This document shows, one piece after another, positions 37,041 to 49,629 of a stretch of 64,000 nt of DNA; position 1 is the first letter of the stretch; each line of letters opens with the position of its first letter. The notes beneath the pieces are model-generated. The model worked only from the letters and a program-made list of their open reading frames with translations. It ran no database searches and was not told the DNA's origin. A program made the position numbers and the translations under genes. The DNA is from Rhynchobatus australiae (taxonomy: Eukaryota), in NCBI GenBank assembly GCA_034780895.1, contig JAUZTB010000107.1:24714618-24778617 (forward strand), read 5' to 3'.

Positions 37041-37127
37041 CTGCAAGAACTCATTGTCTTTATTTATGAAAGAATAGTGTTTGGTTGATGTGCTGGCTTC
37101 TGAACCATAAATGTGTTTTTGTATGTC
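37041..37127 (-). CDS. KCNMB-like gene, candidate upstream exon (DIQKHIYGSEASTSTKHYSFINKDNEFLQ, or 5' UTR with start MSSC)
   Basis: Acceptor cgtaccttag, donor CAG|gtaatt, 87 nt; the only fully open frame is phase 0, matching the 35341 acceptor. Confidence 0.5.
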
Positions 37128-37779
37128 CTAAGGTACGTGAGATATTACTTAAGATTATAACATTGGGGATTATCCTCACATCTCAGAAGATCAGTAAAAG
37201 TGTAGCCTTTCCGTCAGAATGACCCAGTATTACATCACAGACTGTGAACATTCCCTCTGGCATGGACATGAGGGCCCAACCATCTCCGTATGAATTTCTA
37301 TGACTCTATGAACAGAGTCATTTAAAGAATCAACTTGTGTGTCTGTAAGGTTTATGACATTGCTGTGTGTGTATTACTCTGAGATGTACTCTCAGTTTCC
37401 AAAGGGCCATTTTCTAGACAGCACATTTGCTTCAAAGCCTCTCCACCATTACAAACCTCAAGTCAGCAGTGAGATAAACACATCACTTGGCTAGATAGGT
37501 GCAGCATCAATATTCAGTACAATGCTTAGAGTCATGCAGCACACTTAATTGGTGCCCCTGTCAAAGAACACAGCACTCAATATCTGCGCCTTTCATTACT
37601 GAAGAAATGCAGCAACTCATCTGTGTTATTTTAATGGAATTTCCTCCACCAGTGCCTCGGTGGCTTCTTGAGGGGAAAAAGTCCATCTTCAGATGGAGGA
37701 ATGTTTGGCACTATCACTGGATAAATGAGGTTGATTAAGAAAAGATCTGTCAACTCAAAACTGTGCATCCATGAGGTGC

Positions 37780-38145
37780 AGTGAACCACCAACAGGAGCA
37801 GAACAGTATTCACTCCTGTCACCTCTAGTGTGCTGCCATCTACAAAATGCACAACAGTTACTACCTAGGCTATTCTGTCACCAGCTACCAAACACGTGCT
37901 ATCTGCAGCCACAAGAAGGACAAGGGCAGAATGTGCATGGGAGTACAGGTTCCCCTCCAGATCAGATACCACCCTAACCTGGAAATATATTGCCATTCCT
38001 ATATTGGCACTGGGTCTAAATCCTGGAACTTGATTCCAGTGATAATATGGGCTAACTTCATTGGCAGGTGACTGACCACCACCTACTCAAGGGCAGTTAG
38101 GGATGGGAAATAATTTCTGGTCCCCCCAGCAAGACCCACATGCTG
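37780..38145 (+). mobile_element. CR1/L2-group LINE 3' end (same family as 12570-13510 and 39350-39610)
   Basis: agaaggacaagggcag...gggtctaaatcctggaac...caccacctactcaagggcagttagggatggg. Confidence 0.65.
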
Positions 38146-38299
38146 TAAATGTGTTGTTGGCAGGACACACTTCACACATGTTACAGTCGTGTTGATGTAA
38201 TGCCAGCCCTGACTCAATCTCTGCTTGCATTACATGCAGAGTTATGCAAAAGTACCAAGTTACTTGACAAGGTAGATATGGACGAAGGTTTCTTGCCCA

Positions 38300-39100
38300 G
38301 TAAACAGGCTGATTGAATGGGCAGGTGCATGGCAGATCAAGTTTAATGTGGAGCAATTTGAGGCGATGCATTTTGGTGGGAAGACTGAGGAGAGACAGTA
38401 TAGAATAAAGGAGACTGGTCTCAAAGGGGTGCAGGTGCAGAGGGACCCAGGCACAAATCATTGAAAGCGACACAGCAGGTTGAGAAAGTGGTTAATAAAG
38501 TTTACCAGTAGAGGCAGAGTGTATAATCGTAGGGAAGTCATGCTTATGTTAAAAAAAAACTAGTCTGACCTCATATAGATAACTGTTCAATTCTGGTGAG
38601 CACTTTAGAGGAAGGATGACAGAGTGTTTGACAGGGCCCAAAAAAGACTGACAAAAATGGTTCTGGAGATGGTGGACTATAGTTAAAAGGATAGGTTAGA
38701 GAATCTGGGACTGTTTTCTTTTACAGAAGAGAAGGATGAGGGAGATTTGTTTTAGGTTTGTAAAATGACGATGGATGTGAACAGGTAGTGGGAGGTTGTT
38801 CCCATTGGTGGAGGACTTGAGGACTAGAGATCACAAGTATAAAATAAAGAGGAAGAGAATTAAGTGTGACGTGAGGAAAAAACTTTTTACACAGTGTGTA
38901 GTTGGGATCTGGAAAATGCTCCCTGCTGAGGTGGTGGAGTTAGGTTCCATTGTGGCCTCCAAGAGCGAATTGGATACATATATGGTGAATCAAAAGTGCA
39001 GGCATTGGAGAAAGGAGTGGGGGTGGATCTAGTGAATTGCTTTGGTAGAGAGCTGATGGGCTGAATGGCCTCTTTCAGTGGTGTAGCCATCTTATGACTC
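38300..39100 (+). mobile_element. CR1 LINE 3' portion
   Basis: WQIKFNVEQ..MHFGG, TRDHKYKIKRKR and FTQCVVGIWKMLP. Confidence 0.85.
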
Positions 39101-39869
39101 CAAATTATGATTCTTTGTTCATCCCTTCAAGATTCTCTAAAAATGTGCAGGATCTAATTAATTCTTAAATAATTACAGATTTCCTCCTCAATATCATATC
39201 CAGAAGTATGTTTCATATATCAATGACTCTGAAGAATTTGCAGATTTTGGACTAAAAGTTATACTTGCCAGTTTGAGTTGTCATTCACTTGCAATATAAA
39301 GTGATTTCCCCAGATCCACTTTCTCCATGCTGTATGCTATGCGATATAATGCTGTAAGTCCAGGTGTGTCAGATTCCTCAAAAACCACCTGCTAGTCCTC
39401 AAGTTGCACACCATCAAGGGTATGAAATATATCACTGATCCTTCTTTGTCTCTGGGTCTAAATGCAAGAGCTTCCTTCCTTACAGAATAAAGAAAGTACC
39501 TTCAACACAGTGGCTGAAGAAGGCAGCTCACCCACAGCTTCTCAAAGGCATTTAGGAATGGGCATTAACTTGTGAGTGACAAGTTAATGCTGCAAATGAA
39601 TAAAATAAAAATTGAAGTTGGAACCTGTCTAATGTTTCCAGTGCCTAAATTCGTGTCTTGTGCCTCAGTCATCTGGATGTTTTTCACACCATTAAAATTC
39701 ATATTAGCATTTCCTATACAACATAGAAGGGGATCATTTGTCTGATTAAGTCTATGCCAGTGCTCGGAACAATCCTATTTCCCCCAGTTATTTTTCCATA
39801 ACCTATGCTTGTCATCAGTCTCACACCAGCTCCCTTTATTGGGAGTCGTTTATTGTAGCCAATTATCCC

Positions 39870-40132
39870 AAAAGCTGGCACAACTTTGGAACGTGGGANN
39901 NNNNNNNNNNNNNNNNNNNNNNNNNNNNNNNNNNNNNNNNNNNNNNNNNNNNNNNNNNNNNNNNNNNNNNNNNNNNNNNNNNNNNNNNNNNNNNNNNNGG
40001 AGAAAGCCAGAGCACTGGTGGGAAAATCCACACAGTCACAGAGAGAACATTCATACAGTGCACCACAGATCAGGATTGAACCCAGGTCACCTGAGCTGTG
40101 AGGCAGCAGCACTAACCACCACTGTGCCACCC
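39870..40132 (-). mobile_element. V-SINE (HE1-like), spanning a gap
   Basis: caggattgaacccaggtcacctgagctgtgaggcagcagcactaaccaccactgtgccacc is the reverse complement of the tRNA head. Confidence 0.75.
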
Positions 40133-43100
40133 AAATTACTTCCCACTGATTCAGACTCCACATTCTACCTACCTAGTTCAACAATATTTTGTGACTTTTT
40201 TGACTGCTGTTCTTTAGTGGTTAATCACTGAGATTACAATGCATCACAGGTATCCTTCAACTTAATCCCCAGCTGTTTCAAGACTATTTCAAGAGAATGT
40301 GTGTTACGTATGTTTGTATCATTAAATGAGTAATAATACCACATTCTAAATCCACGGTGTTTTGACCCACAATGAACAGCACAGCATTTGGTAACCCTCA
40401 GAAAACTGAATCAGAATTAACAACAAAATTATTAAATTTACCAGATATACTGAAATCTTACTCCAATCATTTATAATCCAATCATCTCTAAGGCAAAATA
40501 AGCAATATTCCATAACTAAGGGGTGTGATGACCTGGTGGTTATATGTTTCATGGTCAAACCTGCTAGCATGCCTTTTTACGCAGAATTATATCAAGCCTA
40601 TGGAATAAGAACGGTCCTTTCTATTTAACCGATCTGTGCTGGTGATTATATTGAATTGAGGTTCCTCCCATAGTAATTACCTCTTGCCACCCTTCACCCA
40701 TAGCTAATTACTTTTCCTTCAAGCATACATACTTCAATCCTTCTCTTGAATTTGTCAACAGTATCAACTTCAAACACTCCATGAAATGAAAGGGAGTTCA
40801 ATAGTGTAGTGTATGAAAATCCTATACAATTATTAAATTCACTTCTATCATGCTGTTTCTTTTTCTCAGTATCCTGTTCAGGTGGAAATGTTAACCTTTC
40901 ACTTTCTGCTGCTGATTTACTTCCATCGATATTTCAATATGTGGCTTCATGGTTTTTCCATTCCCTGTACTTTCATTACAGGTGGTATAACAAATGCCGG
41001 GGCTCAAAAGGATGATGAAATCTTTTCAGCTAAGATTAGTCTGTTGTAAATGAAGTGGTTTCTTCCAATGTAACACTGTTTAAAAGCAAGTGATGAATCA
41101 GTTTCAGAAAACTGAAATCAAATGGCATCTTAAACTGGATCTGATATTTTGGCCATAAACACAAAGTAAAATGGTGAAGATGAAATTCCCTGCAGGATGC
41201 ATAACCATGAAGTTACACCCAAGGTTACAATCACTTTGCCAACACACACACATACACCCAAATTTCATTCCAATCACATTCACATACATCAGAACTTAAA
41301 AATGAAAATAAGCAATTGGTGTCCAAGGAAACATGTACCACATAGTCCTTGTTTAAGTTTCACTCCATCTACCTTTCCTTCATGTGCGTGAGCCCCAGCA
41401 TGTTTAAGAAAAATTATAGGAGCACTTTGCCCTTTAATATGACCCACAATGGTGTCATAAAATGTTAGAAAGGAAACAAAAAAGTCATTGCAGATCTTCA
41501 GAGATAAATAGTAACATATTTTAAATCACTGGAAAAAAAGCTATAAAATATCAGAAAAATGATTATATTTCCTGCTGCTCCTGAATTGTTGCCTTAATTT
41601 TACACCTGTTTTGTATCATGTGCAATGCAGGACATTCTGTTATTCAGCTTTATATCCTGGTGATAGAGCTATTAATATGAGCCAAGATGTTTTCAGGCTT
41701 GGGGATTTATTGACAGTTGTTAAGAAGTGAGGCAATTCAGGCACAGAATAACTACATACGTACACACTTGTATCTTGCCCCTTCTTGTCTGGCCTTATCC
41801 CATGAATATACGCGACCCTAGGTCCAAACACACAGAACTTACGGTGATGTGTTGACCAAGGTTTTCCATTGCTGGCTGACCATTGTTTCAGTGTGATTGG
41901 GCAGCTGATCACCAATGTCAAAGTGCATACTTGCAACTCAGTGTGGCTTCTGAACACCATTTCCCTTTGCTCTTGATGGCAAAACCAAGGGATGTTATTT
42001 TAATTGCCCATTTGAAATGGGTGCCACTTCTGGCACCAGCTGAGTAAATAAATTAAATCTTTAATATTTAGATCATTTTGAAATCTTTTCAGCTAACATC
42101 ATCCTGAGGGAACAGATGTTTTCAAGAACTTTGTTCCAGTAGTTCAATGCTTTCTTTAGCCCTAAGGAAATGCTCCTTTCTGAGACTTATGGAGATAGAG
42201 GGAGTCCCACATGTGACAGTACCTGGGTCAAACTTCACAAAAATTGCTCCATGCCTATCTACTGGATACCCATTCACCACATCTGCAGATATAGGAGGAC
42301 ATGCTTCACTTTGGCAGCTGATCAGTGTATGCATGTGCTCTACTTCCCAAAGAAAGCTGCAAAGCATTCAAGAACACCATCAGGATGTCATGCTTTCTAT
42401 GCTATTGGGTAAGTAAGATCTATGCTAGAAAGATCAACTGTCCACCACGCCCAATAAAATGTCACAAACCATTCTCCAGGCCTGTGTACCCAAACTGACA
42501 ATAACTGTGGCAGAGCTACCTTCCCAGGGAGTAGGTCAGCGGAAAAGCAAACACAGAGCTGTCATCAGCTGGAAGAACATCTGTAACTATACAGTACAAA
42601 GCAGAGATATCCATTGTCAGTAACTCCCAACTGTAGCCTAAAACTTGGCTCCATCCCTATACCAGCATAGTGTGGTGCTGGCCTCAGAGGATCATCCTGT
42701 AAAGTGACTCAGATGACCATCATCCTCCCAATTACTTCACACAGCACAAGCTACACTCCAACAGCTGTTAAATAAGGTCAGGCACTGATTCTTTCACCAC
42801 TTGATTGCAAATTCAAACTTGTCCTTAATGTCTCCTTTGCCCTTGCTTTTTTCTGTCCTTTTCCACTAAAGATTTGAAGTGTATTTTAAGAATGTTTGTC
42901 AGTATAATCTTATACTCCATTTAACTTGCTTCCTTTCCTTTATATTTTGCTTGTATGCAATTCCCCCACCAGCCCTACCCTACATTCATTTGAATCCTAA
43001 CTGGAGCCAATGCACAGTCCTTGAAAGATTGGGTGCCAACCATTCAACTTTATGAAACTGAATAACTATATTGAATAATGTTAAGAGTTTATACCACTGT

Positions 43101-44579
43101 GTCCTTAGGCAGAGTTTAATTGTGATTTTGGTAAAAGAACTTGACATTTATTTATAACCAGAACTGATATGAACTCCCTTCCGTATCCTTAGACAAAAAT
43201 TCTGATAAATACGTGCTTGAGAAACAAAGCATTTTGGAAGAAAAATGAGGTTGTATTAATTAATAATAATTCATTTGACTTTCAATTGTAAGGTGTGGTT
43301 GTTACTTGTATGATATATAAATAATTTGTGATTGATATTTTTAAAGGTTAATCACCTATGCATTTTGCAAGTTTACACAAAAAAGTTCTGAAGTCTTATG
43401 ATCTAATACATTATTTTCATTTGAATAAAATGTCTTATGTTTTATTTTGCCTGATGACCAGGAAGATTGTATCATTCTCTCTTCCAGTGCAAATTGCTAG
43501 AAATGCAACATACCAATGGTTTCTGATCAGCAGGTCACTGAATCACAGGGTGGAGTTAGACAGCCACAGTCTTGACTCATTTTGGAACTGGACCTTGTTG
43601 GTTTTGGCATCAATGGCAAATTGAATAAAAAGAAACCTTGCAATATGATAGAATGTACTCCGTTGCCACTGCCTCTGGTCAGTTAAAAATTTGTTTTTTT
43701 AATTCATATATGGATGAGGGCATTGCTGACAAAACTGAGCTTTCTGGTCGGTCCCTGTGTGTCCTTCAGAAGGATGTGTTGAACTGCCATCCTAACCCAC
43801 CCTCGGATGAAGATATTCCAAAGATGCGGTTGCATTATTTCCCACAATTTAAGCCTGCGAGACAGAATTTAAAACAATTACGTCAAGGTCTCTTCTTGAA
43901 TATTGCACTATATCGCTCATTATCCAGCCTCTTAAAAGGAAATATAATACCACCTTCAAGCTACAAACCAAACCCCACTGAGTGATTTGTTTTTAGCTCA
44001 ACTAATTTGTTGGTTTTATATAAAAATTATTATAGTTATTATATAGTAATACCAAATTTTAAGTGCAACTTTCCTTAGATCAATTGTGTTTCTCTGTATG
44101 TTTTATTAGGGGTCATCATCGCATCATTAAAGCTATTATCCTTTAAAGATCGATCAAGGTTTAATTTGTCTGTGCAAATAATTAATGTAAATTTAGTCTT
44201 ATGGTATTAAACCATTCAGTACATGGGGTGATGAAATCAAGGACCTTTGATCTCTCTTGTGTCTGAAAATGAGTGTGACCTCTGCAGATCACCTGGATGA
44301 TATAATCTGCCACTTCCTAGGAGCATTAAAGAGAAATCAAAGCAGAGATCTGTCACATAATTGATTACAAAAACATAACCATTTGGGAAATTATCCTCCT
44401 ATCTCATTTTGCTCTTCATTTGTCTTTCTGAAACTTGAGGAGAGGGGTTAGAACCCTAGTGTTTCATTCATGAAGAAACCTGGTGTTGCAAGTCAGACTA
44501 GAATCTCATAGCCCCAAAACTAAAGAAGGAAGCAACTTATTTTATTTAGTTGCTCTCTGTCTTTCACATGTTTCACACC

Positions 44580-44980
44580 CTCATTCTCTTTCCCCTCATG
44601 ACCTGCCCACCTCCTTCCCTTTATTCCATGGCCTACAGTCCTCTCCAATCAGATTCCTTCTCCTTCAGCCCTTTCCCTCTTCTATCACCTCCCAGTTTCT
44701 CACATCATTCCCTTTGAGCCCCCCTCCCTGACCTACTTACCTTCCCCCTCTCACCTGGACTCACTACTCGCCTGCCAGCTCATGCTCCTTCCCCCTGCAC
44801 CCCCATCCCACCCTTTTATTCTGGCTTCTGCCCTCTTCCTTTCCAGTTCTGATAAAGGGTCTCAGTTCAAAACGTCGACTGTTTATTTCCTTCCATAGAT
44901 GCTGCTTGACCTGCTGAGTTCCTCTAACATTTTGTGTTTGTTGCTCCAGATTCCAGCATCTGCAGAATCTCTTGCGTCTC
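44580..44980 (+). mobile_element. Penelope-like element 3' end / pseudo-LTR
   Basis: Pyrimidine-rich tail, then a hammerhead-like core and gatgctgcttgacctgctgagttcctc...ttccagcatctgcag. Confidence 0.75.
44844..44881 (+). ncRNA. Decayed minimal type I hammerhead ribozyme
   Basis: cagtt-CTGATAA-agggtctcagttc-AAAA-cg-TC-gactg: stem I cagtt/gactg and palindromic ACGT stem III retained; two core G>A changes. Confidence 0.55.
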
Positions 44981-44984
44981 TGAG

Positions 44985-45310
44985 TTACTTACAAATGTAG
45001 TCACTATGGTTATGTAAGAAAGTATGGCAGCCAATTTGTAATGGGAAAATAGTAATTGTAAAATTCACAGTGAGATAAACAAGCAAATGTTACCTGTTCT
45101 TTGATGGTTAACTACATCAGGCGAACTGTCATGATCTTCAAGTACTTCCCCAGGATTTCTACATTCTCCTGAACTAACAAGTGGAACCCCATTTTAATAA
45201 TTAATTTCAAACATTGCTCTGCCAACACTGAAATATCAGCCTCATGCAGGATTTTCTGACACCTTCCAATGTAGAGAGATGCTCATATTCAAAGGAATCC
45301 AAGCACAATT
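44985..45310 (-). mobile_element. Deu-domain SINE (SacSINE1/AmnSINE-like) fragment
   Basis: tgtagtcactatggttatgtaagaaagtatggcagccaatttg matches the reverse complement of the Deu-SINE 3' region; related to 53040-53470. Confidence 0.5.
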
Positions 45311-45644
45311 GCGCAGCTACATGTTCCCTCAAGAATGCCTCAGCTGGGAATGCAGCCAGTTTCCTCTTATGGTGAGGCAATCATTTGGTGTTGAATTAAC
45401 TGATCTCAGCTGGATTGAAAGTCACAATATTGTTACAGGTGAAGAAAGCTTTACAGCTCACTTTCATCCACCTGGAAATGTTCCACCCTTTTCGACATTA
45501 GTTCTTTCTTCAAAGATTCTAGAATTTTTGTATCTTTTACTTTTCCTTAATATTTTTGCATACATTAACCATTCAATGTAAAAAGGACTTCTAAGATCCT
45601 TTGGTCTTTTTTGGCTTCATCCTTAGCTCATTTTACATCATTGT

Positions 45645-46075
45645 GGAAACGATAGCATAATGGTTAAATTACGATATGTAATCCAGAGACCTGGATTAAT
45701 AATCTGGAGATATGTTCAAATCCCTTCACATCTGGATTTCGGAGTTCAAATCCCATTACAGCAGTTAGGATAATTAAATTCAGTCAATTAAATGATCTGG
45801 AATACAAAGCTGAAAATGAGGGATTGTAATAAAATCCCATTTGGTTCATTAAAATCCTTTAGGAAAGGAAATCTAATGTCCTTAACCACCTGGGCATATA
45901 TGTGACTCCAGACCCAAAGGAATGTGACTGGTTCTTAACTGCTCTTGGGAGTGACTGAGTAAGCCATTTAATCAAGGGAAGTAAAGGCTTGAGGAAATAT
46001 CTAGGGTGAAAGGAAAACAAACTGGCAATAAATGCTAGTCTTTGCAGTGAGGCTGATGCCCCATGAATAAATGTT
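45645..46075 (+). mobile_element. tRNA-derived SINE with LINE-derived tail
   Basis: Box A/B-like tagcataatggtta and gttcaaatccc; tgtgactccagaccca core; ggcaataaatgct tail related to the 37780 LINE family. Confidence 0.65.
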
Positions 46076-48759
46076 CTAAAATCCAGGGATTGCCTGTGTC
46101 ACTTCGTTATTTTCTCCTGGCCATTACAATGGGTTCTGGTATCTCTGGATTAGGTCGGGAGGAAAACAGCTTGGGTTCATCATCCTCCTGATCTCCGTAC
46201 AGTGACTCCAGCTGGAAATTTCACTATGAAAAGGAGCAGGCAAGGATTCAAGCAGTATAATCCACTGCCAAATTGCCTGTCACCACTACAAGACAGATTA
46301 CATAACCACAGTGCCAGCGCTGATGAAAACATGTCACCTCAGGACAGGAGGAGAAAAGAATGGGGAAAATTTTCAATTTTGGTAACCCACTTTGGAGATT
46401 TAAGCTCTGGACACATGTCCTCAGTTGTATTACCTGTACTACGCTTAGTGAAGCTGATGACTTCCACAATTCATGCAGAGAGGGCTGATCAACAGCCTTT
46501 TGCAACTATAATTAAGACTGGTATATCAATTCTTGAAGGAAAATGGGAGATTTTATAGTTTACTTTCTCTGTTAGATATTCCATTTCCTTGGTTGAATGT
46601 CACTCCATGGTGCTTAACAATGTTAAGCCCAACTCCCACAGTTTTCCTAGTTCATAAAATATAACAGCTGTCCATTTTGTTTTCTTTCCTAATATTCGTC
46701 CCTATTAAACTTAACCTTTCCTACACTCATTCCGATGTTTTCTTTCGACAACTTTATCCCTAAACTTAGTATTATCAATAAAGTTAAAAAATAGTATCGA
46801 TCTTCTGAATTCCAGTTATTTATATGATTCAGAAACAGATCTAGAATCAAACAGCAGAGCAAATCCCAATGCTTATCTTCTAATTTGCCCGTTTTCTTAT
46901 CACTATGCTAACAAGCTTTTCCTGTCCTACCCAGTTCAAAAGTTTCACTTCTATTCCTCACCACCATAAGCTTAAAAGAAATCTCTTTTTATCTTTTATT
47001 TAAAAGATTTTTTTTGGAAGCACTGAGTCCCAGCACTTAGTTGCTTTGCTCACAGAAATATCGCTCTTACAGTACGATATTACTTTTGTACAGAAATTTG
47101 TCTATTTGTAAAATCTATAATTATTCATTTCATTGAACTCACTCCATTTGCCTACAAAATCACCAGGTAACTGTTGGTGTAAGATACACAATATTGCATA
47201 TTTAAGCTGTATCCTGAATTACATGTGATGAATGTATTTTATTTTATTTGTTGCAACAATGTTCTGTCCTGCTGCATAATCAACATTACCTGCTCTTCAC
47301 TTTGTGAGCAACAAGTTTAGGCACATTGCATATAAAAATATTATCCTCCAAACTGGTAAAGATTTTAATCTCATAAAATTATATATTAAATTGCAGTCAC
47401 CATTTTTGCTGGCTGAAGTCTTCCACGAAAACATCCTAGTTTTGCGTGTTAACTTTATAATTTCATCGAGTAAACCATCCTGCTATAGATGTTATATATA
47501 CTTTTAGTCTTGGGTTTTCCCTTTTCATGGTAAAAAAATGTCTAAACTGAACAGGTTTTCTTTTTCTCAGATCAGTTTCTATAACTCTTGCTATTGTATA
47601 TAATGTTGCAGCACCTCCTTTCCTGAACACTCCTTTTTTTTTGAACACTCCTTTTTCCTGTACTACATTTGTTAATGCTTTCAAGACTCATTCCTGTTCT
47701 TGATGTTCCTTCCATGATGTACTTCATTACAGCCATAACAGCCTCAGAATGGATTTGGAGTAAGCTATNNNNNNNNNNNNNNNNNNNNNNNNGCTGGGAT
47801 TGCATAAACAAAAGAACCAGATTGTTCAAGCATGTAAACACAGAGATTCTTAAACCTCCTAGATAGGTCAGTCTCTTAATTTTTCACTATCTTGTTTCTG
47901 ATTCCAATTTTGTAAACTGCAATTAAAATAATGTTCACAATTCTCTCACAATCCAGCTGCTTGATCTGAAGAGAGCTGATGTGTTCTTTGATTCTTTGAC
48001 TTTTGAGATTAGCTAGTCTTCTCATTTCTCTGAAGACATGATTGTCCACAATGAACTCCACCACTGTATAGTGGTGTGTTATAGCTGAGTAATTTATGCA
48101 GTTACAAATTTTAAAAGATATTATGAAAACAAGAAAATGCTGGAAACACTCAGCTGGTCAGGCAGCATCTATATTTATCATCATAAGGCAAGTTTTTTCT
48201 TCCTGGCCCACTAATTTTGTGACAATGATAAATGTTGCATTACAAACAGAAAGGATATTGTGGACAGTATTCTACATTATGTTGGTAGCAAATGTATCCC
48301 ATTGTTTGCTGGCATGTATTTTGAGAGCAGGAAAATAACACATGCTTTTAACTTTGAATCCTATGGTGCAGGTTTCAAAAGCACAAGATAGTAACTGTAA
48401 ATATCGAGGAAATGCCAGTAGCCACCTTCTGATAATGACCTTAAAATTATTTTGTAATTATTGTACTATTTTTCAGTTATTAATTCATTTTGAGAAGAAA
48501 GCTTAATAATTACTCTTCACAACAACACATTTTATTACTTCCCATCTGCTGAATTAATCAATGTATTAGTGTTTAATGTTATTCTCTATTTTAACATGGG
48601 TATAACAGTACAGGAATATTATACTCATACCACATGCAATAATTTCTAGACACCAAAATTGCAAAGCTATAACAGAAAACAACAATCTCTATTTTTTTTT
48701 AGTTAAGCACAACGTTATCGTTTCCAGTCCAGTTTAGCAGGGTAGGTTCTCTCATCAGG

Positions 48760-48929
48760 AGTGCTGTGGATGGTGCAGCTGTTTTACAGCTCCAGTGACC
48801 TGGGTTCAGTTTTGACCTGTCGTGCTGTCTGGGTGAAGTTTTGCATGTTCTCCCTGTGCCTAAGTGAGTTTCTCCCTGGTGCTCCATTTTCCTCCCACAT
48901 TCCAAAGATATGTTGGCTGTAGATTGATT
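48760..48929 (+). mobile_element. V-SINE 5' part
   Basis: cagctccagtgacctgggttcag...ttcctcccacattccaaaga. Confidence 0.7.
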
Positions 48930-49410
48930 NNNNNNNNNNNNNNNNNNNNNNNNNNNNNNNNNNNNNNNNNNNNNNNNNNNNNNNNNNNNNNNNNNNNNNN
49001 NNNNNNNNNNNNNNNNNNNNNNNNNNNNNNNNNNNNNNNNNNNNNNNNNNNNNNNNNNNNNNNNNNNNNNNNNNNNNNNNNNNNNNNNNNNNNNNNNNNN
49101 NNNNNNNNNNNNNNNNNNNNNNNNNNNNNNNNNNNNNNNNNNNNNNNNNNNNNNNNNNNNNNNNNNNNNNNNNNNNNNNNNNNNNNNNNNNNNNNNNNNN
49201 NNNNNNNNNNNNNNNNNNNNNNNNNNNNNNNNNNNNNNNNNNNNNNNNNNNNNNNNNNNNNNNNNNNNNNNNNNNNNNNNNNNNNNNNNNNNNNNNNNNN
49301 NNNNNNNNNNNNNNNNNNNNNNNNNNNNNNNNNNNNNNNNNNNNNNNNNNNNNNNNNNNNNNNNNNNNNNNNNNNNNNNNNNNNNNNNNNNNNNNNNNNN
49401 NNNNNNNNNN

Positions 49411-49520
49411 TCCATATGCCTATCCAACAACCTCTTGAACCTGTCCAACGTATCTGCCTCCACCACCACCCCAGGCAGCGCATTCCACGCACCCACCACT
49501 CTCTGGGGGAAAAACCTCCC
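49411..49520 (-). mobile_element. Young CR1 3' fragment
   Basis: FFPQRVVGAWNALPGVVVEADTLDRFKRLLDRHM; near-identical to the 17431 copy. Confidence 0.85.
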
Positions 49521-49629
49521 TCTCTGGAGGGCAGGGAGTTTTGGTGATCCAGTACTGTCCACTTGGTGAAACGGCCTGAGCAATATCCCTTCAATATTTA
49601 GCCATCCAGATCTATTTGCTAAATTCCTT

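Noticed and set aside
41640-42416. Protein-looking ORFs on both strands
   Set aside because: No recognisable family, stops in all frames and no consistent splice phase with the gene model.
47290-48064. Exon-like minus segment (VVEFIVDNHVFREM...)
   Set aside because: In-frame stops and no homology I can recognise; at most a UTR exon.
7091-49594. Long ORFs made mostly of X (e.g. 7091-7622, 35473-36122, 48699-49594)
   Set aside because: Open only because they run through N gaps.
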